From the NCBI GenBank assembly GCA_029851835.1, contig JARKVD010000007.1:823-64822 (forward strand): 64,000 bases of DNA, written 5' to 3'. The DNA comes from Clostridium sp. (lineage in GTDB: Bacteria > Bacillota > Clostridia > Clostridiales > Clostridiaceae). The notes under the pieces are model-generated. The model worked only from the letters and a program-made list of their open reading frames with translations. It had not been told where the DNA came from and searched no databases. Both the position numbers and the translations under genes were made by a program. Position 1 is the first letter of the stretch, and each line of letters opens with the position of its first letter. Shown in pieces: positions 52,458 through 62,136 of this stretch.

Positions 52458-53168
52458 TTGATTTACTTTGCCCATAGAGGCTTAAGTGAACTCTACCCAG
52501 AAAACACCATATTGTCATTTGATAAAGCTATGATGGCTGGCGCTGAAGCTGTAGAATTTGATGTTCATAAAACTAAGGATGGAGAACTTGTTGTTATTCA
52601 CGATGAGGATATAAAACGAACTTTCCAAGGTAGTGGTCTAATAAAAGATCTTACTCTAGCTGAACTAAAAACTTTCAAATGTAAAAATACTGAGTTTGAA
52701 AATAGCAAGCTTTGTAAACTTCCAACATTAAATGAGGTTCTTGAAATTCTTAAAAATGGAAAACTATTTATTAATATAGAGCTTAAAACTGATTTAATCC
52801 ACTATGAAAATATAGAGGCGGATGTTCTAGCCGTAATAAAAAAATATAACCTGCATAAAAACGTGTTAATTTCCAGTTTTAATCCTAAAACTCTTGAAAC
52901 CTGCCGAGAACTAGATAACTCTATAAAATTAGGAGTACTCTTTAACAATAACAAAATGTCAATGCTAGAATTTGCCTTAAAAATAAATGCATATTCAATT
53001 AATCCTGATGTTTGTTTAGTTGATACTGCTTTAATTAATTATGCTCATGTTAATGGCCTTAAGGTATTCACATATACCGTCAATAAGTCCTCTGTAGCTT
53101 CTAATTTAGAAAAACTAGGTTGTGATGGTATATTTACAGATAATATTTTAAAATTTAAAAAAGATTAA
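52458..53168 (+). CDS. Glycerophosphodiester phosphodiesterase
   Basis: AHRG, PENT, EFDV, IHD, NIELK, YTVN, GIFTD. Confidence 0.93.
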   Translation: MIYFAHRGLSELYPENTILSFDKAMMAGAEAVEFDVHKTKDGELVVIHDEDIKRTFQGSGLIKDLTLAELKTFKCKNTEFENSKLCKLPTLNEVLEILKNGKLFINIELKTDLIHYENIEADVLAVIKKYNLHKNVLISSFNPKTLETCRELDNSIKLGVLFNNNKMSMLEFALKINAYSINPDVCLVDTALINYAHVNGLKVFTYTVNKSSVASNLEKLGCDGIFTDNILKFKKD

Positions 53169-53245
53169 AATATAAAACCCAGCTAAATTAAACCTCCTTG
53201 CACAAAGTATCCAGGAGTACATTAAATTAATTAAGCTGGGTTTAT

Positions 53246-54133
53246 TTATGAATTTATAATTTTGTTTCTTCCACTCGCTTTAGCTTTATATAGGTTTCTG
53301 TCTGCTTTTTCAACAATATCGTCCATATTAATATCCTTGCCCTTTGAACTATGTATCCCCAAACTGCAAGTTATTCTTATTTCTATGTCATCATAGCGAA
53401 ATACACTCTCATTAATTTTTTTACGAATTCTTTCTGCTACATTTTGAGCAACATTTTCATCTACATTATTTAATACTAAGATAAATTCTTCTCCACCATA
53501 TCTACCTATCCAATCCATAGAATCACTTCTTACATAGCTTTTTACAATAGTTGCAAAATCCCTTAGTACCTTATCACCAATGACATGCCCATATGTGTCA
53601 TTTATATTTTTAAAATAATCTAAATCTATCATCACAACTGATGTATATGAATTATTCCTAGCACTTTTTCTTAAATCTTGAGGGAGCCTTTCATTTATAT
53701 AAGCTTTGTTATATACCCCTGTTAATTCATCCATTACAGTACGTTCTTTAACAACCTTAAAAAAATCAAGCACACTTTCCTCATAATCTGTATCCATATT
53801 AGATACAACCCCACTTTGTGAAACATCCTTAATCATTTCAACAACATACTTATTGTTTTTAATAATTAATGGAGACGCAATCACTAATATAATTTTTCCA
53901 TCACTATATTCGATTTTTACAGCTGTTTCATTTTTATCGTAGGCTAACTGTGAAATGCAATTTTCGCATCTTTTATTTCTTTTCCAAATATCATAACAAA
54001 AACCACTTTTATTACTTAAATTTTCACATTTATGATTAATTATTGTAGTATTAATTGGATTAACTAATCTTAAAACATCATATAAATTTTTAAAAATTGA
54101 TAGCCTTTCTTTTACCTCTATTAATGCATCCAT
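53246..54133 (-). CDS. Diguanylate cyclase (GGEEF) with Cys-containing N-terminal sensor
   Basis: DLDYFKNINDTYGH, RYGGEEF; CYDIWKRNKRCENC. Confidence 0.9.
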   Translation of the reverse strand: MDALIEVKERLSIFKNLYDVLRLVNPINTTIINHKCENLSNKSGFCYDIWKRNKRCENCISQLAYDKNETAVKIEYSDGKIILVIASPLIIKNNKYVVEMIKDVSQSGVVSNMDTDYEESVLDFFKVVKERTVMDELTGVYNKAYINERLPQDLRKSARNNSYTSVVMIDLDYFKNINDTYGHVIGDKVLRDFATIVKSYVRSDSMDWIGRYGGEEFILVLNNVDENVAQNVAERIRKKINESVFRYDDIEIRITCSLGIHSSKGKDINMDDIVEKADRNLYKAKASGRNKIINS

Positions 54134-54184
54134 ATATAATCCCCCCTTTAATTACAAATCCAATTGTATAAACGGATTTATTAA

Positions 54185-55573
54185 TTAATTTTCATCTTCT
54201 GTAGTCTGCAATGTATCTATAATTGTTTCAGTAATATCACTGCTTAGGCTTTCCACATCCATAAGCTTTTTATTAATCTGCTTAGTCCTAGTACCAACAA
54301 GTTTATCTAAATCTGAGCTTGCCTGAGTTAATTTTTTCTGAGTCGCTTTTAAAACTTCTTCAAATTTTCCAAACTCAGTTTTTACTGCTCCAAGAACCTT
54401 CCAGACTTCACTAGATCGCTTTTCTATTGCTAAAGTTTTAAACCCCATTTGTAAACTATTTAAAAGTGCTGCCAATGTTGTTGGCCCAGTCACATTTATC
54501 CTATATTCTCTTTGTAGTATCTCTACTAAGTTAGTTCTCTTAACTACTTCTGCATAGAGACCTTCTATAGGTAAAAACATTATTCCAAAGTCAGTAGTAT
54601 ATGGTGGGTCTATATATTTATCTCTTATGTCCTTAGCTGATTTTTTTATTGCTGTTTCTAACTTTTTATATGCATCTTCAATTAATTTTGAATCTCCTGT
54701 CTCATAAGCATCAACTAAATTATGATAAACATCCAGAGGAAACTTTGAATCCATTGGAAGATATACAACCTCATTACTATCTTCTTTACCAGGAAGTCTT
54801 ATGGCAAACTCCACATTATCTCTTGACCCATGTTTAGTTGCTACATTTATATCATACTGTTCCTTAGTTAAAATTTGATCCAAAATTCTACCAAGCTGTA
54901 TTTCACCTAAGGTTCCTCTAGTTTTAACATTTGAAAGTACCTTTTTCAAATCTCCTACTCCCATTGCTAAAGACTGCATTTCTCCTAAGCCTTTATGTAC
55001 AACTTCTAATCTATCACTAACTAACTTAAACGATTCTCCTAGTCTTTTTTCTAAAGTACTTTGCAATTTTTCATCTACAGTTTCTCGCATCTTCTCAAGC
55101 TTATCTTCCGTTGACTTAATTAATTCTCCTTGCTTAACAGATAACTCTGAAAATTTTTCTCTTTGAAGCTCATTAAAATCGCTAACACTCTTTGAAAATT
55201 GATTTTCAAAGGATTTTAATGCTTTTTCCATAGTATCTGAGTATATATCTAATTGATTCTTTTGAAAAGATGCAATTTCACTCATTCTTTTTAAAACATC
55301 ATTTTTCATTGATTGAACTTGCTGATTTAACTCAAAACGAGCCTGCAGCTCCCCTTTTCGAGTTTCTTCTCTTCCTCTTAGCATTTCTTCTCTAAAAGCT
55401 CTTTCAAGCCTTTCAATACTCTTATCAATCAAGTCAACCTTCTGACTTACTTGCGTAAATCTTCCATCAATATTCTTTTCACTTAATCCTTTGCCTTTAT
55501 TCTTTACAGATAGTGTAGTAAATATGTTTAAAACTAATAATACCAACACTATTACTAATAAAACTTCTGTCAT
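54185..55573 (-). CDS. rmuC: DNA recombination protein RmuC
   Basis: KTRGTLGE, DSKFP, TTDFGIMFLP, GPTTL. Confidence 0.92.
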   Translation of the reverse strand: MTEVLLVIVLVLLVLNIFTTLSVKNKGKGLSEKNIDGRFTQVSQKVDLIDKSIERLERAFREEMLRGREETRKGELQARFELNQQVQSMKNDVLKRMSEIASFQKNQLDIYSDTMEKALKSFENQFSKSVSDFNELQREKFSELSVKQGELIKSTEDKLEKMRETVDEKLQSTLEKRLGESFKLVSDRLEVVHKGLGEMQSLAMGVGDLKKVLSNVKTRGTLGEIQLGRILDQILTKEQYDINVATKHGSRDNVEFAIRLPGKEDSNEVVYLPMDSKFPLDVYHNLVDAYETGDSKLIEDAYKKLETAIKKSAKDIRDKYIDPPYTTDFGIMFLPIEGLYAEVVKRTNLVEILQREYRINVTGPTTLAALLNSLQMGFKTLAIEKRSSEVWKVLGAVKTEFGKFEEVLKATQKKLTQASSDLDKLVGTRTKQINKKLMDVESLSSDITETIIDTLQTTEDEN

Positions 55574-55719
55574 TACATTCCCCCCTATTATATGGTCATT
55601 GTATCATTTTTTATTACAATATTATAGTTTTCCTGTATATGATCACATAAAATTTATAAACTGTTCTATTTTTCCTGTGAAAATAGCTATCATTTCCCCT
55701 GTAAATGACAGCTATACTT

Positions 55720-56601
55720 TTACTCATTAAATAATTTATTTATATTTCCTACTTTTTCTAAGTACTCAGCAATGCTATTGTACCAGTTGCTAATAAGTAC
55801 ATTCTCCTTTTTAACCTTTCTATTACTAACCATAATATTTAAGGTTAAATAACCATCTACTAACTTAGGCACAACTTTATTTTCACTTTTTCTAAAATTA
55901 ATATTATAGCCTATATTAAATATTCCGCCTTTTTTAATTTTAATGTGAAATTTAACACTTTGCAATTCTTCATTATTTATTTCCAACTTCATAAAATCTT
56001 TAACAGTTTTATAAGCTGCCCCTTCTACTCCTGTCATTTCAATATCCTTCAAGGCTTTATATTGAACATAAGACCAATCACTATTACTACTTCCACCAGA
56101 AACAAACTGAACAAATGGATTCTCTTCTTCTAGATAAGGCACCGCTCTTATATTAATATTCCCAATGTCTATAGTTTTACTGTTATCCCCATATCCAAAT
56201 TTCACCTTAGATATTTTCACTTCTGTTTCTTCGTTTACTTTATCTATTAAGTTGCTTCCATCCTTCAAAAAAACTTGTCCTAAGTCTATTCTTAATACAT
56301 TCACTCTATAAGGAGCTATTGTCACTGCTTCAACATATGTATTTCCTCCATTAAACATATCAAAGCCACCATTGTTATTAACTATATAGGTATCTTGAGA
56401 GTTTATTTCTGGAAAGCTTAAAATTGTGTAATTTATACCATCACTAACATAGGTATTATTTGAAAAATTGTCTACATAATATAATTCAATAATACAGCTC
56501 TGGTAGAATGAATCTTCTTCATTTAATGGAACTATAACTTCCTTTTCAACAAAGTTTTTTATGAAAATTGGCTCATCTAAGAATTATACCTTATTTCTCA
56601 T
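55720..56601 (-). pseudogene. Hypothetical protein with an in-frame stop after codon 5
   Basis: ATG AGA AAT AAG GTA TAA then an open frame FLDEPIFIKNF... continuous into the listed 212-aa ORF. Confidence 0.55.
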
Positions 56602-56719
56602 ACTGTTACTTAAGCGATCCAATTATAATCAAAAAATTTTTAATATTTTATTAACAACTAAAGTAGTTTAAAAGTTATATAATACTATATGAAACTATTT
56701 TATCTAGTATTATTCGGAG

Positions 56720-57181
56720 GTGAACCAAATGGCAAACAACGAACCAATTGGAATATATATTGCAAAAATCAAGCTTCTGCAGGAACGAATTTTTGGAAAT
56801 CTTCTTGTTGAAAACGGAATTGAAGTTTTTAATAGTCCTCAAAGCAGAATTCTTTTTACGCTTTGGCTTGAAGACAATATAACCATAAGCGAGTTAAGTA
56901 AGAAAACCGGATTAGCAAAAACTACTTTAACTAGTATGCTTGATAGACTTGAAGCCCAAGGACATATAAAAAGAATGCTAAGTACTGAAGATAGAAGAGC
57001 TATACGAATTGTTTTAACTGAAAAAGCTCGTTTATTAGAAAAACCATATGACACAGCTCGTGATGCCATGAGAAATATAAATTTTAAAGGCTTTTCTCCT
57101 GAGGAGATCGAAGACTTCGAAACAAAGCTTATTAAAATTCTAAACAATCTCAACGAATACAGTGAAAATAATATTAAATAG
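56720..57181 (+). CDS. MarR-family regulator (start probably ATG 56729)
   Basis: KTTLTSMLDRLE, DRRAIRIVLT. Confidence 0.9.
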   Translation: MNQMANNEPIGIYIAKIKLLQERIFGNLLVENGIEVFNSPQSRILFTLWLEDNITISELSKKTGLAKTTLTSMLDRLEAQGHIKRMLSTEDRRAIRIVLTEKARLLEKPYDTARDAMRNINFKGFSPEEIEDFETKLIKILNNLNEYSENNIK

Positions 57182-57192
57182 GGGGAATTATT

Positions 57193-58584
57193 ATGTCAAA
57201 CTCACAAGATGAGAAATTAGGTAAAGAAAGTATTCCTAAGCTGATGTTTACTTTAGCTTTACCTGCAATTTTAGCGCAATTAATTAACGTTCTTTACAAC
57301 ATTGTTGACCGTATTTATATCGGTAATATGGCAGAGGTTGGCGACTTAGCACTTACCGGAGTTGGTGTTACTTTTCCAATAATTATGTTAATTTCAGCCT
57401 TCAGCGCTCTTGCTGGAATGGGTGGTGCTCCACTTGCTTCAATAAAATTAGGTGCTGGAGATAAAGAAGGTGCTGAAAAAATATTAGGTAACTCTACCAC
57501 TCTATTAATTATATGTTCTGTTGTTTTAACTACAGTATTTATGATTTTTAAAGAACCACTACTTTTCATGTTCGGTGCAAGTGAAAACATCATAGGATAT
57601 GGTCTTGATTACATTACTATTTACCTATGGGGAACAGTTTTCGTACAATTTGCTCTTGGTTTAAACATGTATATAAGTGCACAAGGATTTGCCAAAACCG
57701 CTATGCTCTCTGTTCTAATAGGAGCCATTGCAAATATTGTTTTAGATCCAATATTTATCTTTGGATTAAACCTAGGAGTAAAAGGAGCTGCTTTAGCAAC
57801 GATAATATCTCAATGTTTAAGCGCTATCTGGGTTGTTTATTTCCTATCTTCTAAGAAAAGTAAAAGTGTTATTAAAATAAAAAGAGAGAATCTAAAACTT
57901 AATAAAGCTATTGTTGGAAGTGTTATCGCTTTAGGTGTTGCCCCATTTATCATGCAAGCTACTGAAAGCTTACTTGGCATAGTTCTAAACTCTGGATTAC
58001 AAAAATACGGTGGCGATTTATACGTTGGTTCAATGACAATTATGATGAGCGTAATGCAACTTCTAGTTGTTCCAATTCAAGGCCTTACTCAAGGTGTCCA
58101 ACCAATAATCAGCTACAACTTCGGTGCAAAAAAATATGACAGAGTTAAAAAGACCTTCAGACTTTTAATTTTTGTATCTTTTGCTGCTACAGTACTAGGA
58201 ACTCTTGCAATCATAATTTTCCCAAATATTTTCGTTAGCATCTTTACCCAAAAACAAGAACTTGCTGACTTAACAACAAAAATGATAAGAATATTTATGG
58301 CTGGTATGTGGGCTTTCGGAATACAAATGGCATGCCAATCTACCTTTATGGGACTTGGTCAAGCCAAAATTTCTTTATTCCTAGCTTTATTGCGTAAGGT
58401 TATTTTATTAATTCCATTAGCAATAATTTTACCTAAATTCGTTGGTGTTGTTGGAATTTACTGGGCTGAGCCAGTGGCAGATATAATCGCTTCCTTCACA
58501 ACTCTTACAATCTTCCTTTTATCCTACAAGAAAATTTTAGGTGAAATAGAAACTGAAGAAAATAAAAATACACATATTGCATAA
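57193..58584 (+). CDS. MATE efflux transporter
   Basis: YNIVDRIYIG, NIVLDPIFIF, GAALAT, QPIISYNFGA. Confidence 0.93.
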   Translation: MSNSQDEKLGKESIPKLMFTLALPAILAQLINVLYNIVDRIYIGNMAEVGDLALTGVGVTFPIIMLISAFSALAGMGGAPLASIKLGAGDKEGAEKILGNSTTLLIICSVVLTTVFMIFKEPLLFMFGASENIIGYGLDYITIYLWGTVFVQFALGLNMYISAQGFAKTAMLSVLIGAIANIVLDPIFIFGLNLGVKGAALATIISQCLSAIWVVYFLSSKKSKSVIKIKRENLKLNKAIVGSVIALGVAPFIMQATESLLGIVLNSGLQKYGGDLYVGSMTIMMSVMQLLVVPIQGLTQGVQPIISYNFGAKKYDRVKKTFRLLIFVSFAATVLGTLAIIIFPNIFVSIFTQKQELADLTTKMIRIFMAGMWAFGIQMACQSTFMGLGQAKISLFLALLRKVILLIPLAIILPKFVGVVGIYWAEPVADIIASFTTLTIFLLSYKKILGEIETEENKNTHIA

Positions 58585-58627
58585 TAATTAATAAGGGATA
58601 GCCTCGGCTATCCCTTATTAATTATTA
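58582..58627. terminator. Long perfect inverted repeat between convergent genes
   Basis: TAATAATTAATAAGGGATAGCC-TC-GGCTATCCCTTATTAATTATTA. Confidence 0.65.
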
Positions 58628-58698
58628 CAGTTTAGTCATTTAAGTGAAAAACTACCCCATGAAATGAACTCCACTTCATGAGGTAGTTTAAATTAATA

Positions 58699-59781
58699 TT
58701 ATCTTATATTGGCTTCAATCTCTAAATCTGATAAATTTTCTATTTCGCAATGATAAAATCTATTTATAGTTAGATTATAGTCTGCATTATCTCTGTCACC
58801 TAAAATACCTTGGAAATTTTCATTATCAATATATTTATCAAAATCCCCATTAATTCTATTAGTATAATAAGTATTTGCTCCGGATCTTCCTCTAAGCTGT
58901 AAATTTACAGGAAATACTTCAAAGTTACTATCATATTCTACATAATCACTTGAAATAGCAACATTTTTTCCTAGTGGAATAAATGACTCCACATCTACAT
59001 TATTCCCAAAAACACTAACATTCTCTGGTAATTTAGTTATGTTTCTGTATTCGTCTCTATAACCTCCAGATACAATTGATACATTATTGGCTTCTATATT
59101 AACTTTATCTGCATTTATAAACTCTCTTAAATCCATTTCAAAATAAGAATTTGTCTTTATATCAATATTTTTAAGGGTATTGTTTAACGGAAGATTTACA
59201 TATCCATTATAGCACGAAAAGTATAAGCTATCTTTTAAAACTGAATTATCATTAATTATTAAGTTATTACTATAATTTCCTTTAAAATTTATATTCACTC
59301 CTGACGGTACTTCAATTACTATTTGACTTGTTCTATTGGCTTCCTCCATTAAGTTTCCTATAAAAGCTTTATAACCTCTTTCAAAAAATCCTTTTAAGTT
59401 TTTAGCATCTAAGAACTCATATATAGCTCTTTCTCCAGTGATTATAAGTCTCTTTCCCTCACTATCATAATTTGTACTAACCGTTATACTTTCATCTAAA
59501 TAATCATAAACCTTAATTCTAGTATTATTATCACTTGATAACTTAACCTCTACATCAAACCCTCTACTTTCTAAGGCCGAAATATCTAATACTTCAATAG
59601 CTTCGCCAGTTGTAAATACTTCTCTTTCTTCTGGAGTTGCATTTCTAATTTCTCTTTGTACTCTATAAACCTCTGCAACAACCTCCGGAACTACATAAAA
59701 TCCACTTACTATAGAACCTGAAATCCCAATTACTATGAAAACAGCTGCAGTGATAAGAGCCTTTTTTACCCTACTCATCAT
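58699..59781 (-). CDS. Membrane-anchored DUF4097/adhesin-like protein
   Basis: N-terminal TM, beta-rich body, IVIEVP; third gene of the padR-DUF1700 operon. Confidence 0.5.
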   Translation of the reverse strand: MMSRVKKALITAAVFIVIGISGSIVSGFYVVPEVVAEVYRVQREIRNATPEEREVFTTGEAIEVLDISALESRGFDVEVKLSSDNNTRIKVYDYLDESITVSTNYDSEGKRLIITGERAIYEFLDAKNLKGFFERGYKAFIGNLMEEANRTSQIVIEVPSGVNINFKGNYSNNLIINDNSVLKDSLYFSCYNGYVNLPLNNTLKNIDIKTNSYFEMDLREFINADKVNIEANNVSIVSGGYRDEYRNITKLPENVSVFGNNVDVESFIPLGKNVAISSDYVEYDSNFEVFPVNLQLRGRSGANTYYTNRINGDFDKYIDNENFQGILGDRDNADYNLTINRFYHCEIENLSDLEIEANIR

Positions 59782-60652
59782 AGCCTCTTACCTCCTTATT
59801 CCCATCATGATTTTCCATATCCTTTGCTTCTGCAATGAGAATAGGTTCAACCACCATAACCTCTTCATCATATATTATAGTATCATCAGTTGTTTCATTT
59901 TCAGCTTCTTCATCCTCACTACTTTCAGTTTTCTCATCCCTTGAAGACCTATCTTCTTGCTGCTCTTTTACCCTAACGTACATTTTTCTAGTTCTAACCC
60001 AAGAAATATATTTTATCCAAAGAAATTTTAATCCCTTATACGCTAAAGTATATAATATCCAACCAAGAATTAAGAATCCTGTCCATGCAATACATACAAA
60101 GAATCCAAAGACCCCCATGGATAAGTTAATCCCACAAAGAACTGCCGCTCCTAAATATCCTATGAAGTTGGCAACTGACATCCCCACTAATGCTAAAAGT
60201 GAACCAAGCATCGTAAATATTACAGGCATAGCTGCCATTACTATTCCTATTGTTAATAGCACTATAATCAATTTTACTCCAGCAGAAGAAATACTTCCAT
60301 TAATTACTGAGTTAGAGTCCAAAAACTCCTTAGCTTTATTACTAACTTTTCGCCCAGTAACTTTTACATTTGTCCAAGCTTTCTTAGTTTCCTTATTGAA
60401 CTTTTCAAACATCTCATTGGTATTATTTTCTGGTGCAAAACCTTGCCCCTTCATTTCTTCAATTAACTCCTGAGCAATACTTTTAGGGGAACCAAGCCCT
60501 CTTATTATCTCTTCATCACTCTTTCCTTGTAATTCACCATTTAAGAAAAATTCTTCATAATCTCTTAATATATCATTTATTTCAAGCTGACTAAATGTGC
60601 CTTTAAGATAATCTCTTAATATATCTAAAAAATCATTCTTATTCATTCTCAT
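59771..60652 (-). CDS. DUF1700/HAAS-domain membrane protein
   Basis: MNKNDFL...DYEEFF..G...GKSDEEIIRGLGSPKSIA, then TM helices. Confidence 0.85.
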   Translation of the reverse strand: MRMNKNDFLDILRDYLKGTFSQLEINDILRDYEEFFLNGELQGKSDEEIIRGLGSPKSIAQELIEEMKGQGFAPENNTNEMFEKFNKETKKAWTNVKVTGRKVSNKAKEFLDSNSVINGSISSAGVKLIIVLLTIGIVMAAMPVIFTMLGSLLALVGMSVANFIGYLGAAVLCGINLSMGVFGFFVCIAWTGFLILGWILYTLAYKGLKFLWIKYISWVRTRKMYVRVKEQQEDRSSRDEKTESSEDEEAENETTDDTIIYDEEVMVVEPILIAEAKDMENHDGNKEVRGYDE

Positions 60653-60974
60653 CTATCTCCTTTCTATATCCCTTCAAAATTATGTTTACATCCCTTACAA
60701 ATTCATTCCATTCATTTACTAGTGTCTGTAAGTTGTTTTTTCCATACTCAGTGATTCTATAATATTTCCTATCAGGTCCACCTTCAGATTTAACCATATA
60801 GGTTTCAAAATTTCCTTCTGATGTTAATCTTCTAAGTAACGGATAAATAGTACTTTCTTTAACAGACATAACTATGGATATCTTCTCCACAATCTCATAT
60901 CCATACATATCTTGGTCATTTATAAGAGCTAGTACGCATATCTCAATTACACCTTTTCTAAGCTGTGTGCTCAC
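60639..60974 (-). CDS. PadR-family regulator
   Basis: QLRKG, YGYEI, TIYPLLRRL, RKYYRIT. Confidence 0.92.
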   Translation of the reverse strand: MSTQLRKGVIEICVLALINDQDMYGYEIVEKISIVMSVKESTIYPLLRRLTSEGNFETYMVKSEGGPDRKYYRITEYGKNNLQTLVNEWNEFVRDVNIILKGYRKEIDENE

Positions 60975-61003
60975 GATAACCCCTCCCTTTCTATGATTAT
61001 TTA

Positions 61004-61272
61004 TACTATGTATAACACAATAGTACTTTAAAAATTTTAGAAGCTCCTTAACTTATTCAAGGTCCTTCTATTTAACCAATTACTTGTTTAATTGACTCTA
61101 CTATGTAAGGAAACTCCTTCTCATATTCATTTGAAGGAATAGGTTCATGTTAACCAAATCAAAGATTTTGACATTCACTTAAAGCATAATAGTATTTCTT
61201 TTCATGGGTACTATGCTTTGCACAGTACCTATGAATTTATAATATCATAGTACTATGTGATACACAATAGCT
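61004..61272 (-). promoter_or_regulatory. Repeated putative PadR operators and padR promoter
   Basis: TACTATG...CACAATAG boxes at 61004, 61251 (shorter variant at 61209; split box 61099-61194); TTGTGT-17 nt-TATTAT on the minus strand overlaps the last box. Confidence 0.6.
61109..61179 (-). mobile_element. Two-hairpin element flanked by TAA direct repeats
   Basis: TAA(61106-08)|GGAAACTCCTTC...CCAAATCAAAGATTTTGACATTCACT|TAA(61180-82). Confidence 0.7.
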
Positions 61273-61346
61273 ATTCATTAAAATAAATCTTACGATTTTC
61301 TTAAGAAAAAAGGTAGAAAACCTTGGTTTTGCTACCTATTAATACA

Positions 61347-61967
61347 CTACTTCACTCTATATTTTTCATATATATTCTCAATTACATCCCAGTTAAATAA
61401 ATTCCAGATATTTTTTACATACTCTGCCCTGAGATTTTTATATTTAAGATAATATGCATGTTCCCATACATCTATAGTAAGCAATGGTATTTTCCCATAT
61501 GAAATAGGCGTATCTTGATTTGAAGTTGTCATAACTTCTAAATCTCCATACTCATTTAATACAAGCCAACTCCATCCTGATCCAAATTTTCCTACAGCAG
61601 CATTTGAAACTAACTCCTTCATTTTTTCAAAGCCACCCAGTTCCTCTTCAATATGATTCATAAGAATCCCTTTCGGTTTACCTCCGCCATTAGGCATTAA
61701 AATGGAGAAATAAAAATTATGATTTACTACCCCACCTCCATTATTAATGACCCCTTGTCTTATAGAATCAGGTATGTTATTTACGTCCTTCAAAATTTCC
61801 TCCATAGTTTTACCACATGTATAACTTTGATAATCTTCAAGTAGTTTGTTTAGATTATCTACATATGTTTGTAGATGCTTACTATAATGGGTCTCAACAG
61901 TTTCAGCATCTATATATGGTTCTAAGTCATTATATCCATAAGCTAAACTTATTTTTTCATATTTCAC
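61347..61967 (-). CDS. sod: Fe/Mn superoxide dismutase
   Basis: LEPYID, HYSKH, NGGGVVNH, FGSGW, DVWEHAYY. Confidence 0.95.
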   Translation of the reverse strand: MKYEKISLAYGYNDLEPYIDAETVETHYSKHLQTYVDNLNKLLEDYQSYTCGKTMEEILKDVNNIPDSIRQGVINNGGGVVNHNFYFSILMPNGGGKPKGILMNHIEEELGGFEKMKELVSNAAVGKFGSGWSWLVLNEYGDLEVMTTSNQDTPISYGKIPLLTIDVWEHAYYLKYKNLRAEYVKNIWNLFNWDVIENIYEKYRVK

Positions 61968-62136
61968 AGTGCCCCACCCCTCATTATCTTTATTATCCTA
62001 TAACTTAAACCAATGAATTATCTAATTAGTTTACTATATTCTTTAAAACTATTATTTATTCACTAAAATTAAAAATACAAAAATAAGATAAGGAACTTTT
62101 AACCTTATCTTATTAAAAACTAATATTAAATTATCT

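Noticed and set aside
59835-60473. 212-aa plus-strand ORF and the other short antisense ORFs (e.g. 4285-4818, 24872-25258, 41626-42057)
   Set aside because: They lie opposite well-supported genes and have shadow-frame composition with no recognisable motifs
61975-62005. Fur/PerR box upstream of sod
   Set aside because: Only a partial GATAAT match in very AT-rich sequence; not distinguishable from chance
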